A stretch of 63,878 nucleotides of DNA, the filler included, from Jimgerdemannia flammicorona (taxonomy: Eukaryota): NCBI GenBank assembly GCA_003990765.1. It is 2 parts of 2 records of this genome, joined end to end, with 100 filler letters (N's around TTAATTAATTAA, not from the genome) between each part and the next. Parts side by side here need not be neighbours in the genome. Positions count along the whole stretch, not along the records: positions 31,994 to 63,878 come from RBNJ01000375.1; 1 more part is not named here. One strand, written 5' to 3'. The notes beneath the pieces are model-generated. The model worked only from the letters and a program-made list of their open reading frames with translations, did no database searches and had not been told where the DNA came from. Position numbers and translations under genes: made by a program. Of this stretch, positions 39,020 through 52,400 are shown piece after piece (the stretch's first letter is position 1; every line of letters begins with the position of its first letter).

Positions 39020-40190
39020 GGTATACCCTCTCTCCTCTTTCAAAAAGCTGGATAAAAGAAAAAAACATATACCTTAATTAAGGTGCCATTTTGAACCCTC
39101 CTCTTTTCAAAAAGCTAAAATGAGCAGTATACACTCTCCTTCAAAAAGCTCTTTTGAAAAGCTGGATAAAAGAAATATATATATATCTTAGTTAAGGCAC
39201 CATTTTGAACCTGAAAAGCTGAGCACCCTCTCCTTTTGAAAAGCTGAATAAAAGAAATATATATATATGTACCTTAGTTAAGGCACTATTTTGAACCCTT
39301 CTCCTTTCAAAAAGCTGAAATAAGTAGTGAGATAAGGTAAGCACACACCCTTCTCTTTTTCAAAAAGCTGGATAAAAGAAATACATATATATTCATCTTA
39401 TTTAAGGTACTGTTTCAAATCCTCCCTTTTGAAAAGCTGAAATGAGCAGTATACACTCTTCTCTCAAAAAGCTGGATAAAAGGAATATATGTTAAGGCAC
39501 CATTTCAAACCCTCTTCCTTTCAAAAAGCTGGAATAAGCAGTGAGATAAGGCAAGTGCACACCCTCCCCCCCCTTTTGAAAAGCTGGATAAAAGGAAAAA
39601 ATATATAATTATATATCTTAGTTAAGACACCATTTCGAACCCTCCCCCTTTCAAAAAGCTAGAATGAGCAGTAAAATAAGACAAGTACACACCCTCTCCC
39701 CCTTTGAAAAGCTGGATAAAAGGAGAAAGTATATAATTATATATCTTAGTTAAGGTGCCATTTTGAACCCTCTCCCTTTTGAAAAGCTGAATGAGTAGCA
39801 CACTCTCTCCTTTTGAAAAGCTGAATAAAGAAATATATATATACCTTAGTTAAGGTGCTGTTTTGAACCCTCCCCCTTTCAAAAAGCTGAAATAAGCAGC
39901 ACACCCTCTCCTTTTGAAAAGCTGGATAAAAGGAATATATATATACCTTAGTTAAGGTGCCATTTTGAACCCTCCCCCTTTCAAAAAGCTGGAATGAGCA
40001 GCAAGATGAGGCAAGCACACACCCTCCCTCTTTGAGAAGCTGAATAAAAGGAAAAAGTAAATAATTATATACCTTAATTAAGGCACTATTTCGAACCCTC
40101 CCCACCCTCCCTTTTCGAAAAGCTGGATAAAAAGAATGTATATATATCTTAGTTAAAACACCATTTGGAACCCCTCCCCCCTTTCAAGTG
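39020..40190. repeat. Tandem array, 11 units of ~75-130 bp
   Basis: Recurring CCTTAGTTAAGGYRCCATTTYGAACCC followed by TTT(CA/TG/CG)AAAAGCTG, counted 11 times. Confidence 0.9.
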
Positions 40191-40519
40191 GTGAGACAAG
40201 GCAAGCATGCACCCTTCTCTCCCCTCAAAAAAATAGGACCAGTCACTCCCTTTCGGGCATATAATTATGTGATGGTCTTAAGCCTCAGGTCATAAGATAG
40301 ACTTTGCAAGCTTCCAACTTTACAAATTGCTTATATTCTTAGTGAAATCAATTACAAGGCTAATAAAATAATTTTTGAAGCCAGATAGCAATGAACTGAT
40401 TGGTTGAACTGATTTGGTATATGAACTGATGATCTGAACTGATTCAAACTGATTCGAACCGTTTAACAATCCTACTCTTATTCTATCAAACCCCACCACT
40501 CTCGGTCAACCACCTAGTG

Positions 40520-42680
40520 TCAAAGATGTGTAGGAGAATATGTCGCAGAAGGAAGCGTGGTTGGGCTGGTTGTGATGGGGGAAACGTTGAAGGGAGTTAG
40601 AGATAGGAGGAATATCCAAGAAGAGTGTTGGTCTAAGGGACAATGATCTTGTACAGTGCGGCTGGTGACGATGTGATATTCTGGATCCAATGCGAAGAAA
40701 ACATCCGTCAAATTATCATATGACCTCAAATACATGAACACAGTCCTCACACGATACCTAAATCCCTATTTTCTTTTTCGCCAGATTCCATCTCCACAGC
40801 CATGGTAGGGTCAACATACGTACCCAACAAAATAGTATGATGACCCATCGAGTTACTGCACCTATGATAAAACATGACCCTCGCTTACCCTGGTACGATG
40901 AGCTCTGACAGCTCACTCCTTGTCATGATGGTCTCATGTCAGTACGAGGTTGTGAGCATGCAGAGGGCAACGACCTTATCGGTGACAGGGCGAGGAATCC
41001 CCGACAGATCAGGCAAGTACCTGACCCTGCCACCTCAGCACACCGAAAAGAAGACGTTCTCAAGGGCATCGCCGCACAAGCGGCAGTCGCCGTTGGGTGG
41101 TGGCTTCCGTGACGAACTGTTTGAGCTGCCGTTGAGTATAAACTCGAGGATGTCCGATGGCGGGGCTTCCCGACGCCAACCATCAATGTGAACGGCTAGA
41201 ATGAAATCACTAGTCCGGTTTGCAAACGTGATTTCATTGAGGTGCGACTATTCCGTGAGGAGGTAGGTGAACTATCCTCGAGGATGTTTGGGCCGTATGA
41301 GATACTGGAGGAAACTGGCGATCAGACAAGGGGTGTGTGCAAACCAAGTCTATTGAAATAAAGGCAGAGGCGATGGAGGTATGGGCGGAATGCAGTGGGG
41401 TAATCAATGACACTGGAAATATGGGAGGTAAAGTGGTAGAGTTAACATGTGGTGGAGGCTGGTCGTGATTTTGTTTCTGTGATATGAATTTGTGGAAATG
41501 GTAGGTAAAGGTTTAAATTGAGCGAATTGAACCAGTATATCCCCCATATCTGTGCAATTACCTACCATGCATGATTGTCCAATCGCATACAAAGTATAGT
41601 TGGTATCAGTGTCATCTTGTCTTCTAGGGCAACCACCAGGCGGAGAATGTCACACCACAGCTCTGGAGGCAAGTCGAGTTGGTTGCCTACGACGGGCTGG
41701 GCCCTCTGATGCCACCCATGGCAAGGCTCCTACCTCGTCAGGTTGTACGTGTTCATGTTGACTTTCTCCAAGTTGTAGTAATCCCTGGGTACGGCGACCA
41801 CCTCGGCATGGAATGGCAATCCCGGCGCCTTCGAACGGACTGGTCCCCGTGAGAGGTGCACCGTCCCGTGTTGGCAACACAAATGTCCATTCGCACTTCG
41901 TTGTTCTTCAAGGCACCGGCGAGCCAGAAGGTGCGCATGTCAACGTATCTAGTAGATTTGAGCATATATGGATGATGTGATTATGATCCTCACCGACGAA
42001 GGTTCTTCAACAACAAAAGTCTCCAAAGCTTCGGCAGCGTGCGGTATCCACTCCGGTGTTCCCTCCCCCTCTTCGTTATCACCGAGTCTGGTAGCTTGCA
42101 CTTCTCGATATGCCGAGGTGATGGCATTGCAGACACTGAATTCGGTGACTGCGACCCATCCTCCTGCGCATCACCGTCGTCCAACCCAGCCGGCTCCCCT
42201 TTCTGCTCCCCTCTAACTCCAGTTCAAGCTTGTGTCCAGACAGCGACTCCTTCCCCGATCCGGCCTCCTCCTCCTTCACCGATCCAACCTCTCCTACCTC
42301 CTTCACCGATCCAGTCTCCTCCTCCTCCTTCACTGATTCAGCCACCTCCTCCAAGCCCTCTGCTGAACCGAATGCACTTCAACCCTCATTTTCCTTTTCT
42401 GCATGCGACGGATCCTTATCAGCCCTATCCTCCCTTGCGCCTTGGTCTGCAAGATGTGCGCCTGTTTCCACCTCTTACTCAGCGATCGAAACTGGTCACC
42501 CGTGCCAGGTGCAAGCCGTTTGTTCCACAACACGCGGCGGTTGTCAACGAGTCGTTCCTCATCATCATCTGAGGACAGCTGGCACCCGGGCACTGCGCGG
42601 AACACCAGGTTCGAACGGCCGTGGTTTCGGCAGCGGTTGGCAGGTCGAGGAGGGATCGTCTGAATGCATGGTGTGATCAT
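40520..42680 (-). pseudogene. Frameshifted gene remnant of unknown function (acidic repeat, CxxC)
   Basis: Protein-like segments in shifting frames: SSDDDEERLVDNRRVLWNK, (VKEEEExGS)x4, CRLCGDALENVFF. CpG-normal composition. Confidence 0.35.
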
Positions 42681-44069
42681 GGATGTAAACTTAATGCTAG
42701 AGAGGGAAATATTCTATTTCGGGGCCCATGATGACAGAGAGATCTCTACCGAATTGTAACGATCTTCAAGGGTTTAAAAATAATACGGATCCCAGTCCTT
42801 TGATCCCTCTGAAATGTCAATCGAGCATTCTTGGAGAGTGCACTGGAGATGTTTCAATCTACGATGAAAAGATGAACAAAACACATTAATTCCGAAAAAA
42901 AAACTGAAATTATCAATCTCCAAGAATTCGCCCACTATCGCCACCAAGCGCCTATCGACAACTCAATCCTCTAACATATCTCACGCCCCCCACCCCCCTC
43001 CACCCCTTTTATTTCTCCGCAAACAAAGTAATGCCAACACTTACATCCTCCCCACATCCTTCTGCCCTGTAGACACAGCCAGCAAGAAAGCTGAAGGATC
43101 TCAAAAAAAGTGGACGATCATGGCCCTGGCATTCTGGTTGCTGATGAGCTGGTAGCTGACAGCCTTGCACACGGCATAAGTGATGCCGTTGCGGATGCAT
43201 GAGACCCGCGAGGCAATCACACGCCATCACCAGACTTGAGTGTCGGGCCGACCGAAGTGTGATGGCCGTTCATAGAGTTCGAAGGACTGTGCCCCATCAG
43301 CATCTGACAAAGATCGTCCGAAAGGCTGTCCTGGTCCACCCAGTCATACTTGGCATCAATCTACAAAAAAATCTTTATGAAGTGCTCGTATCTGCATCGG
43401 CAAGGGAGTGCTCATATCCGCGTCGGTAAGGGAGTACTCGTATCCGAAGATCGAGGCATCATCGTAATAAGCTTTCAACCACTGCTCCCACATGGAGGTC
43501 GTGGCCACGTTTGCGCTGAGGCGACTTGTAAGGGCAGAGATGAAGTCATGGCATGCGGTGATGTGCAGGAGAATATCCAGCGAGAAGTTGTTTGATGGTG
43601 GAGGAGGCAGACCAAAGAGTGCTATTGAGGTGAATGGGAAGGATGTTCAGCGTGCAGTTGACCTAGATTGTGTGTGGGGATGATTGAAAGCAGTGTTGTA
43701 GGTAACATTAAATCCCCGTCTTACTACTCTGAACCCAACCCTCCCGTCCCTTCGTGAATAATAAATTGGATGAATATATGTTTGTGTATTGGGCGAATGC
43801 GTGCATGAGGAAAGTTCTGTCTCGAATGCATTGCATTGGTCAGTTCGAAGAACCCGACATGAAAAGGTGTACAAGAGAGAGGTGGGTGGGAGTGAAAACC
43901 ATATGGTAGCGATTAAGCAGGATGGGAAGTGGTCAGGATGTTGGCGAACAATAATTGCATAATTGCTAATTATAAATGCATATTGCCTAATCGAGTAATA
44001 TACATCTTTAATGCGCTATCCCTTCGGGATCCCTTCATTATCGGATGGCCAGAGTTAGGGTTGGTAATA

Positions 44070-44680
44070 AAGTTTTTTTAACCACTTTGCAGTTGATACT
44101 TAAACATACCAACACTGCTCACGACCCAGACTACACTGAATCTCGAACGTACGTTTGCACTGTCTGACGAGGTCTAACTGGCTTTCTGTGCGTATTTGCT
44201 CATCCATCTGTTCAACTTCAGGCAGGCGTATTGACGCCAAGGTACCCAGCTGAATCTCTTTAGTATGTCGGAAATCAGTGTGTGCTGTTTGAATGTGGGT
44301 GATTCGATCCAGCCGACTCATAGATAACGAAATTGGCGCCGTACTCTGGCCGAGTCTCTGAAGCAGAACACGACCCTTACCCAGGTGGATCTCGGAAATC
44401 AGTGTGTGACTGTTTGAATGCCGGTGATTCGATCCAGCGTATTTATAGATAACTCTCTGAAGCAGAACACGTCCCTTACCCAGCAGAATCTCGAATGTAT
44501 GTTGGAAATCAATGTGTGATTGTAAGGATGTGGATGAGTTTGATCCAGTTGACCTATATGTATTTGCTCATCTATCCTCTGTTCATCTTTAGACAACAGT
44601 ATTGACAGCGAGATAATAATTGACATAGGCAAGGTTTTGAAGCAAAATATGTCTTTGATTAAACTTGACAACAATGGTAT
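44070..44680 (+). pseudogene. RI/NLRC3-type leucine-rich-repeat exons, degenerate
   Basis: NEIGA..LAESLKQNTTLTQVDL, SLKQNTSLTQQNL, IGKVLKQNMSLIKLD, separated by near-identical intron sequence. Confidence 0.75.
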
Positions 44681-44859
44681 GTTGATATTATGGTATTATC
44701 AGAGCATACTCTCTAGGTGTCGTGTTTTATGGGCTTTTGAACTGCAAGTTTTATATTTGTTGAAATTTGTTTCCAAGGTTGGTTACCCTACTATCATATT
44801 AGATTAAGCAAAACAAAAAAATTAATTCTGAACTTGTCAATCTTTCGGGTATATATCTA

Positions 44860-46570
44860 TCAAGTCGCACAAACCCGTCAGGAATTATCCGCAGTACGCC
44901 AGAGGTTGAAACAACAGCTCGAACAAAATCCGAAAAAAGGCCGCACTGACAAGCCAGATGCAGCCAGGACTCACTGGTTTGCCCACCGATATATTCCTAA
45001 ACGTCCTCCACCTGCCATAGAAGTCAATCACAACATCTCAGAGAGCAACAATCCACAGGTCAGCCCATCTTCAACTGGTACCCCGGAATCCGCGAAATTT
45101 GTATATGGCAATATCATTATGGAAGAATCGGAACCACACATTCAACCCAATGAAGCTGAACCATATGTCTGGATTGTCAATACCTTGGCCACGGAGACAA
45201 TTCTTGAAATACCTTATGAAAATCTTATGAAAGTTGGTATAATCGGCCGCGGTAACTACGGGAAAGTGTATAAGGCTAGGTGTAAAGGACATGAATCGCC
45301 ATTTGTTGCTGTCAAGGATATTTTGGATTTCAGCGACATGGTTCACAACATTCAAGTTTTTATCACATTGGGAGAGGAGGACCACATTATCAAGCTTTAT
45401 GTTATCCCACAGTAAGTTATCTTATTGTCATTTTAGAAAGACATATATTGTTGATACCAGTGATTAACATTTTGTTTATTCTGAATAGGAATTCTGAAAC
45501 AAAACAATATGTAATCGTTATGGAGTACACAGAGAGGGGGAATATGCATACTTCTGGGATGTAACAAAAATCATTTCGCTACCAAGGTCAACGAAAATAA
45601 AAATGGCATATGGTTTGGCATGTGGGTTGCAGCATATGCATGCCAAAGGAATCGTACATCGATGTATTTGCATTTATGCTCTGGATGTATAGGGTAGTTC
45701 TTGTTCCCTTATATGTTAGTTACAAAATAGTATATTTTATTAGGGTTGGAGGGTGAGAATGTTCTCATCCGCAAAGATGGCTCGGTGGCACTGACTGGCT
45801 TCAGTCTGAGCGGACTCAGCTGCTCAATGACAAACGTTTGCATCCGGGAGCAGCTGGATTATATCGATGGAGTGCAAGTAGATTTCGAGAAGAGCGATAT
45901 CTATAGCTTTGGAATTCTGTTGTGGGAGATTTTATATGAGAAGCGTGCCTTCGAGGACAACTACAATCCAGACCTCCTCCAAAATATCATGAATGGCCTC
46001 CGACCAGGAATGGACACAGATACTGTATTACCGATGAAAAATGTCCCACTTGATTAAATTCGACTCTATGAGTATATTGGAATATCGACGTGCTTGTTTG
46101 GCCACCCATAGATGCCGTGGTGTCCAGGTTGCGAAACTTGAAGTCTGCTGAAGAAGATCGTGAGTTCAACTGGAAACTATTGGAGAGCGTCTGGCTAGGC
46201 CTGGAAGACCAAGGAAAAACAGATTCGTGTGATGAGTTTATTCCATCATTTAATTTCTTCAGTTGGTTCGCACAGGTTGTTCAATATATCTTTTGCTACA
46301 TATCACAGGAATTGATATCAACAAAGAGCTGGAGAAATTAGAGTTGGACATCATCACTTTTGAAAATCTGTTCTTCACTTGAAAGAATGCTTGCAGGGGT
46401 GGGATTTCAGATATCCACATGGGTGTTATGAGCATCAAAAAAAGTATAAAAGTTGAGTTAGCTGTCAAAGCACAACTGAAATGTGCAACAGATATAATAC
46501 AAGAAGTGTGCATTTTCAAAGTAGTGAATGGCCATTCAAATATTATCCAACTTTGTAGTATTACAAGGTA
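44860..46570 (+). pseudogene. Tyrosine-kinase-like (TKL) kinase plus the start of a second kinase domain, degenerate
   Basis: First domain: IGRGNYGKVY, VAVK, IVMEY, GLQHMHAKGIVHR, NVLI, KSDIYSFGILLWEI, GLRP. Second domain: LAVK...QEV...HSNIIQL, cut off at ~46620. Stops and frameshifts are present, and DFG is replaced by GFS. Confidence 0.8.
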
Positions 46571-46619
46571 ATTATATCTGGGTGAATTTTGTATAATTAA
46601 AATTTGATATTATAATGTC

Positions 46620-48820
46620 TCCGGGCATACTATAGATAGGTACTGCCAAAAAAGAGAAACCAGAGAGGAGGGGTGTACTGAATATGTGAATATAAGTGAG
46701 AGAGGTAAAGTGAAGGGAGAGAAGTAAAAGAAAAAGGAGAATAAACATCAAAGCAAGTGATGAGGTAAGCATTGAGTTTTGGCTGAGTAATACATGTGCT
46801 TTCCTAGGCCCACTCTGTCTATGGTGAAGAAACCCAACTTTTAATCATATGCCACTAGAGATAAGAGAGAGCAGTGTATAAAAATAGCTTGAGAGCTATT
46901 ACTAAAGACTAATGTTGTATAAAGTACTAATCAATATTCAGGTTATACAAATTTCTAGCAATACTCAAAACTTCATTTTTGGAGAAAAGGTATAAGAAAC
47001 ATGGTGACAGATGAATATTCTGAGGTGTGTGCTAGGCAGGGTGGCTTTAGTACTTTTAACTAGTAGTATGTAGGGAGAAGTCATAGCTTAGAGAGAAGTA
47101 TGAGGGGCTTACTGGCTGGAGAATGTGGAAGGGGAGGAGACAGTACTAGGGGACAGAGGATGGGAAGGATAAGCTTCATGGATAAGGTGAAGAGAGGTCA
47201 ACTGACAATGATGACAGGACTGGAGGGCTGACTGAGAAAGAGCAAGGAGATGGTGAGGGCTGTAGACTCTGGGAGAGCAGTCTAAAGAGGTAAGAGCAGT
47301 AGGGCTGACAGAGAAGTAGCTGGAAGAGAAGTGGCTGGAGAGAGTGGGACTACTGATGGCAAGAGGACTACTAATCTGAAAAAAAATCAAGATGTGATAG
47401 TTGATAATAGATCTGGACAAGGGGTAGACATGAGGCCTGGAAATCTGACAGATGGTGTGACAGGACTGGTGGCAGCACTGTTACTCAAAAAATTGAGGTC
47501 AGAATTTGCTGTCATGTTGTACTTCCAAGGCTTGGCAGTAATGATAAGAATGATTCTGAGGCTTCTGACTCAGGAGGTAAAGGAGACCATAGTGGTGAGA
47601 TTTTTGAAGGGGCTGGAAAGAATAAAGGTCAGCTTCAAGATAGAAGAAGTGCTGTTGGAGGCAATGAAGATAAGAATGATAGTGGGGGGAGATAGTGAAC
47701 TCTATGACCTAGTACTTACACTGGGACCTCTGAGTGATATAGCTAATGGTGCTAGATATGCCTATAGTGTTGAAAGAAATGGCCAGAAGATTGATTGTAG
47801 AGGCTGTCAGGGAGTATGAAGAGATTGTAGATGTTGGGTTTATAGTCTGAGAAGATACAGAATTCAGAACTGGAGATGTAGATATCAGGATATAGTTGGC
47901 AGACAAGGAGAATATGAAAGACTAGCCGGTAGTTCTTAAGTGGGGATCTGTAGAGTACAAGGTCTCATAAGTAAAAGAGACACTGGAGGAAGAAGAAGAC
48001 TCGCTAGAGGTATTGAAGGATCTGGCTGAAGCTGTAGAGAGGAGGAGATTGGCCTGGATGAAGTATGAGAATAAGACAGTTGTAGAGATTATCAATGGTA
48101 AGAAGGCATGGCTGGATCAGGTGGTGTGGGAGAGGGTGTAGGGGAGGTTCATCCAGAGAGGGCTACTGGCTAAGTTGGGAGGGGGGGTGGCTGAGAGGAC
48201 TACTACCAAAGTGGCTGAATTAAAGCCAAGTACACAGGCAGGAGAGAAGGGAATAGGACCCCAGGAAGTAGAGAGAATGCTGGGCAGAGTATTGTTGTAG
48301 AGGATGCTGAGATGGCAGAAGAGGAGGGCCCTCAGTATGGGGTATCAGATGGGGCTAGAGTTGATAATAAATTGCAGAATATGCTGGAAGAGGATTGGGA
48401 TAAGTCATGGACTTCTCCAGGCATCTGCACTGCTTGAGAGCATAGTGGCTGAAGTGAGCAAGTGAATTGAGAGATTAAGAGTAAGTGCTCCTTATATAGA
48501 GGGTGTGAGAAGTTCAGTGCTACCTCTGAGATATGACTGGTGATCTGCTCTCTCTGGTGGCTCTTGAAGAAAGTTGGAAGATGCACTATATAGGATTCTG
48601 GTGGGGAGTGGTGGATAGTGCTCACAGCATTCGTCTCCATTAGAAGATGGATGAAGAGGAGGAGAAATGGGGACTGCAGATGTGGAGATGGGACTACCTA
48701 CTATTAGGAGATATACTGGTCCATGCATTCATGGCCTCTGTGGTATTCTTGTTATAGAGGACACAGGGTCTCAGGCTGAGAGCCCTGAGAACCTGAGTAC
48801 CTTCATCTTCTTTTAGAATG
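46620..48820 (+). mobile_element. Degenerate retroelement ORF1/gag-like sequence
   Basis: Purine-rich, CpG-free, stop-riddled long frame including 47331-47819. No diagnostic motif recognised. Confidence 0.35.
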
Positions 48821-49408
48821 CTGTGACATAATCAGGATATAGAAGGAATTCAATAGTTAATACTGAGATATACAATATATTGAGAACCTTAGACAATATT
48901 ACATAGATATTATACAGGTTTTTCTAAATCTGCCTGATCTTGAGAAGAGAAAATCTGTCAACTTAAACATGCTACAGCTGAGTGACTCTTTCAGTTAGTG
49001 ATAAATGAGAGGTTAGCTTGCAGGTCATATATAAAAGAGCAGATAGGATTAGGGTTAGGCTTCAAGTAAGAATTTATTATTATAGATAAGATAAGATACA
49101 TCAGAGCAATAAATGGCAAAGACTCCTAAGATGAGAAAAGGAAAAGCAGTTCAGGAAAAGCAGTCCAGCTTGTTGTGAGACAAGGATGGCTCAGCTTAGC
49201 TGAGATGCAAAATGCAAAAAGAGGCCAGCAAAGTAAACAACTAGCTAAGAAGAACAAAACAAAGGCCAGAGAGGTGGCCACCCTATAATGGGCTAGATAA
49301 AACCATTTTATCATGGCTGTAAAGATAATAAATGTGAAAAGCAAAAAAGAAAAAAACTAAGATAAATACATAAATGCCAGGTGCCAACTATAGGAGCAAT
49401 ATTGATGA

Positions 49409-52400
49409 GAGGAGGAGGAAGGCCCAGCAGGAGCCATGGGAGTGAACCCAGAACCAGTGTCAAAGCAAATGAAAGACATGTGAAAAGCATATATAAAGGG
49501 GACAAACAAAGAACATAACTGAAATTATATCAGTCTCTTTATTGCCAAATAAAAACACAGTCCTTATATACAAAATATAATATCTCAAAAGAGAGAATAT
49601 GCCACAACTCAGATCAAACTGAATTAGGAACCATATAACCACTGGAGATAAGTGGAGATAAACAGGAGCCAATCCCAGTTGTAGGATAAAATCACAAACA
49701 AATACAAATAAAACAAATTCAAATTGAGATTAAAAAACATCTACAGATTCTGGAGGTATAAGTATGATTGAGGGGTGAGGCTGAAACAGAGCAAGTCACA
49801 GCAAGCCTGAGCAAAGTGAGGGGCCAGAGGCAGTAGAGGGGAGCAGAGTAAGGCTGAGACCCTGGAGCAAGCATAAGATACTGGAGGGGGCAAAGATGTT
49901 TTTTAATCCTCTCCAGCAGAGCCAGAGATACCAGAAGGTGACAAAAATACAAAATGAGAGTAATGGATTAAAGAAGAAACAGAAGGAAGATGTGAATGAG
50001 CAATCAGAGAGTATTGAGAAAGTGATGAAAGTCCATAGCATGAAAGAGAAGAGTGCAGGACAGTGTCAGGGCATTGAGTGACCCAATAAGCATGATCAAA
50101 TGGTACAACAAGAATAGAGAGTGGGAATGAAGAAGGGGTATGGAGAGTGTGAGGAGGAGGGAGAGAAGGAAGGGGAGTAATGGGAAGAGAGGAGTGAAGA
50201 GTGAAGAACAACTATTCAACAGAAGCAAGTAGATTACAAATGATAGAAATTGGATAGATATGATGATGGACTACAAAGTTGCCAAGGACCCAAATAGCAG
50301 ACACTCAATCAGAATGACAGGAGCAGTATAGTGCAAGATGATGAGCCTTATCATAAATACATTCAAGAAGAGTGCAATGAGAATGATTGGACAGGAAGTC
50401 AGGGGACTGTTGGAAATGGGGGAAATGAGAATAAACAACAGGTCAAAAAGGAGAAAGAGAAATGGAAAGATCTAAAAAGGGAATACTGGTCATACCACAC
50501 ACCTAAATAATAGAATAATGGAGAGGGTAGATGCTTTGGAATATACTAGGGATATCAATACAAGCAATAGTAAGAACAATAAAGTCATCAATATATTAGT
50601 GCAAGAAGATATCCCCAGACCAGAACATGATAGAAAGAGTTGAAGAAGGATTACATATTGTATGAAGTTCATGGGCCAGGCCAACAAGATTAGTAAGAGT
50701 GGGGGTAAAATTTGTTTCTATAGCAATACCAGAAGTCTGGTGAAAGGAGCCAAGGGCTGACTCAAAATAATTGGAGCCACAGACAAGGAGCATAAGCTCA
50801 ACAATAAAAGCCAATGAGACTGGGGAATCCAAAGAGAAGACAGTGGAACTCAAGAAGTGAAGATAATCATTGATCTCATCAAAACAAATAGCAGTATAGA
50901 AGGAGGAGAAGTCACCAGAGGCCAAATGGAAAAAATAGTGAATAGGCACAATAGTGGAGCAGAGAAGGGTGAGCTTCTGAGTATTATGAAGAATAGTATA
51001 CTCAGGCCCAAGATGGTGTTATAGGAGAGCCATCTAGGAGAGGAAGAAGCAGGATAACTACTTTGAAATCTCAGTGATAGAGAATTAAAAGTAGCTATAA
51101 TGGGACACCAAGCCAAAGTATGCTTGTGAACTTTAGGAAGAGTATAGAAAACTGGAAGACAAATTTCAACTGAGGACAAAGAGTCCTGGAAGAAGTTAAA
51201 AATGAGTTTCGCCAAAGGAGAATCTAAAAGTAATCTGGCATGAGCCAGAGAGACCTGAAGGAGAGTGAGAATCTCATTCAATCTAAGAGCACTAGGCTCA
51301 TAAGCCACAGCTCAAAGAAGGGCAGAAAGGCCACCAAGGTAGAGTGACTTAGGAATAAGCACAAAATCCTGATTCTTATCAGTGACTGTGAGCAAGTACA
51401 AAGGCAATTGCTTGACTGATTTAAGCATGGTATGCATGGTATGATCTAAAACTAAGCAAGAGTGAGTACATCCAGGAATGGACAGTGAGCAAGCCATATC
51501 AAGGAATATGCAGTGTGAAGAGACATTGAGAGGGGGGACCCAATGGCTAGGAATGAAATAGTAAGAGGGCATCTTATCATAATCCTTAAAGATGACAAGA
51601 TCAAGAGTATGATGAAAATATATAAGATGAGCTGGATTAGTAAAAGAGAATTATGAGGGAGTCACAGGAAAAACAAAGCAAGAACTCAAGGATAAGGCAA
51701 AGACTTGAAGGGGAGAAAGGGGGCAATCAGTCAAAGAAAAAGGCAGAGACAAAAGTATTCCAAGAGAAGAATAACCCTGAAAATTTGGGACAAGTAACTG
51801 GGAAAGGTAAAGGAGAGACAACATGAGAAACCACTCAGGGCACACCAGAAGCAACAATGGAATCCAAGAAGGGACAGAGACACAAGGGGAGAACTATGTG
51901 GGGGGGAAGTTTAAGAGTGAGAGGCCTTCCCCTTCCCTCTGACTTTTTTTAAAGGTGGTGAGCCCAATGAATGAGAGTACACCCCATCAGAGTCCCAGAC
52001 TTTGTGGCTACAGGCTTTCATACAGCACTTATATTTGGGGGCATGGGTTGAGGAGGTGGAGGAGGAACCAGCAGAGGAGATAGAAGAAGAGTGAGTAGCC
52101 ACAGGGGCAGTAGTATGAGGGACACCACCATGGGGGCAGATGGACTTGGCCAGGTACCAGTAGACATGGTGGAGGTGACCAGAGCAGACAATACAAGACC
52201 AGGCCCTGGCAGGGTGAGAACCAAATTGGCAGCTATGCTTGGGGGCAGGGGGAATGGAGGAGGAGGCCTTGGCAGGGGAGAGAGACTAGAAAGAGGCTGA
52301 TGAAGCCTGGTTGGACTTGGCAGGAGTCTTGGCAGAGGTCTTGTCATGACAGTGATAAAGGAATGGACCTTGGCATGGGTAGTGGCACAAACCTCAGCAT

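Larger units (their letters stand above)
36345..40474 (+). mobile_element. hAT DNA transposon with BED-finger transposase pseudogene (37147-38905)
   Basis: TIRs TAGGGCTGTTAAATGGTTTGAA / TTCGAACCGTTTAACAATCCTA with subterminal GAACCG/GAACTG repeats. BED finger CNYC...LRTHIKKCH, DLQPFS, DLWTS, TDNVSNM, AHVINL, IRWSS, and a C-terminal dimerisation-domain remnant. Confidence 0.9.

Noticed and set aside
39020..40190. CRISPR-like appearance of the repeat array
   Set aside because: Inter-motif sequences are themselves repeated rather than unique spacers, there are no cas genes, and the context is a eukaryotic transposon.
49047..49059. TTAGGGTTAGG telomere-like motif near the PLE palindrome
   Set aside because: Under two units and ~350 bp from the element end; compatible with chance.
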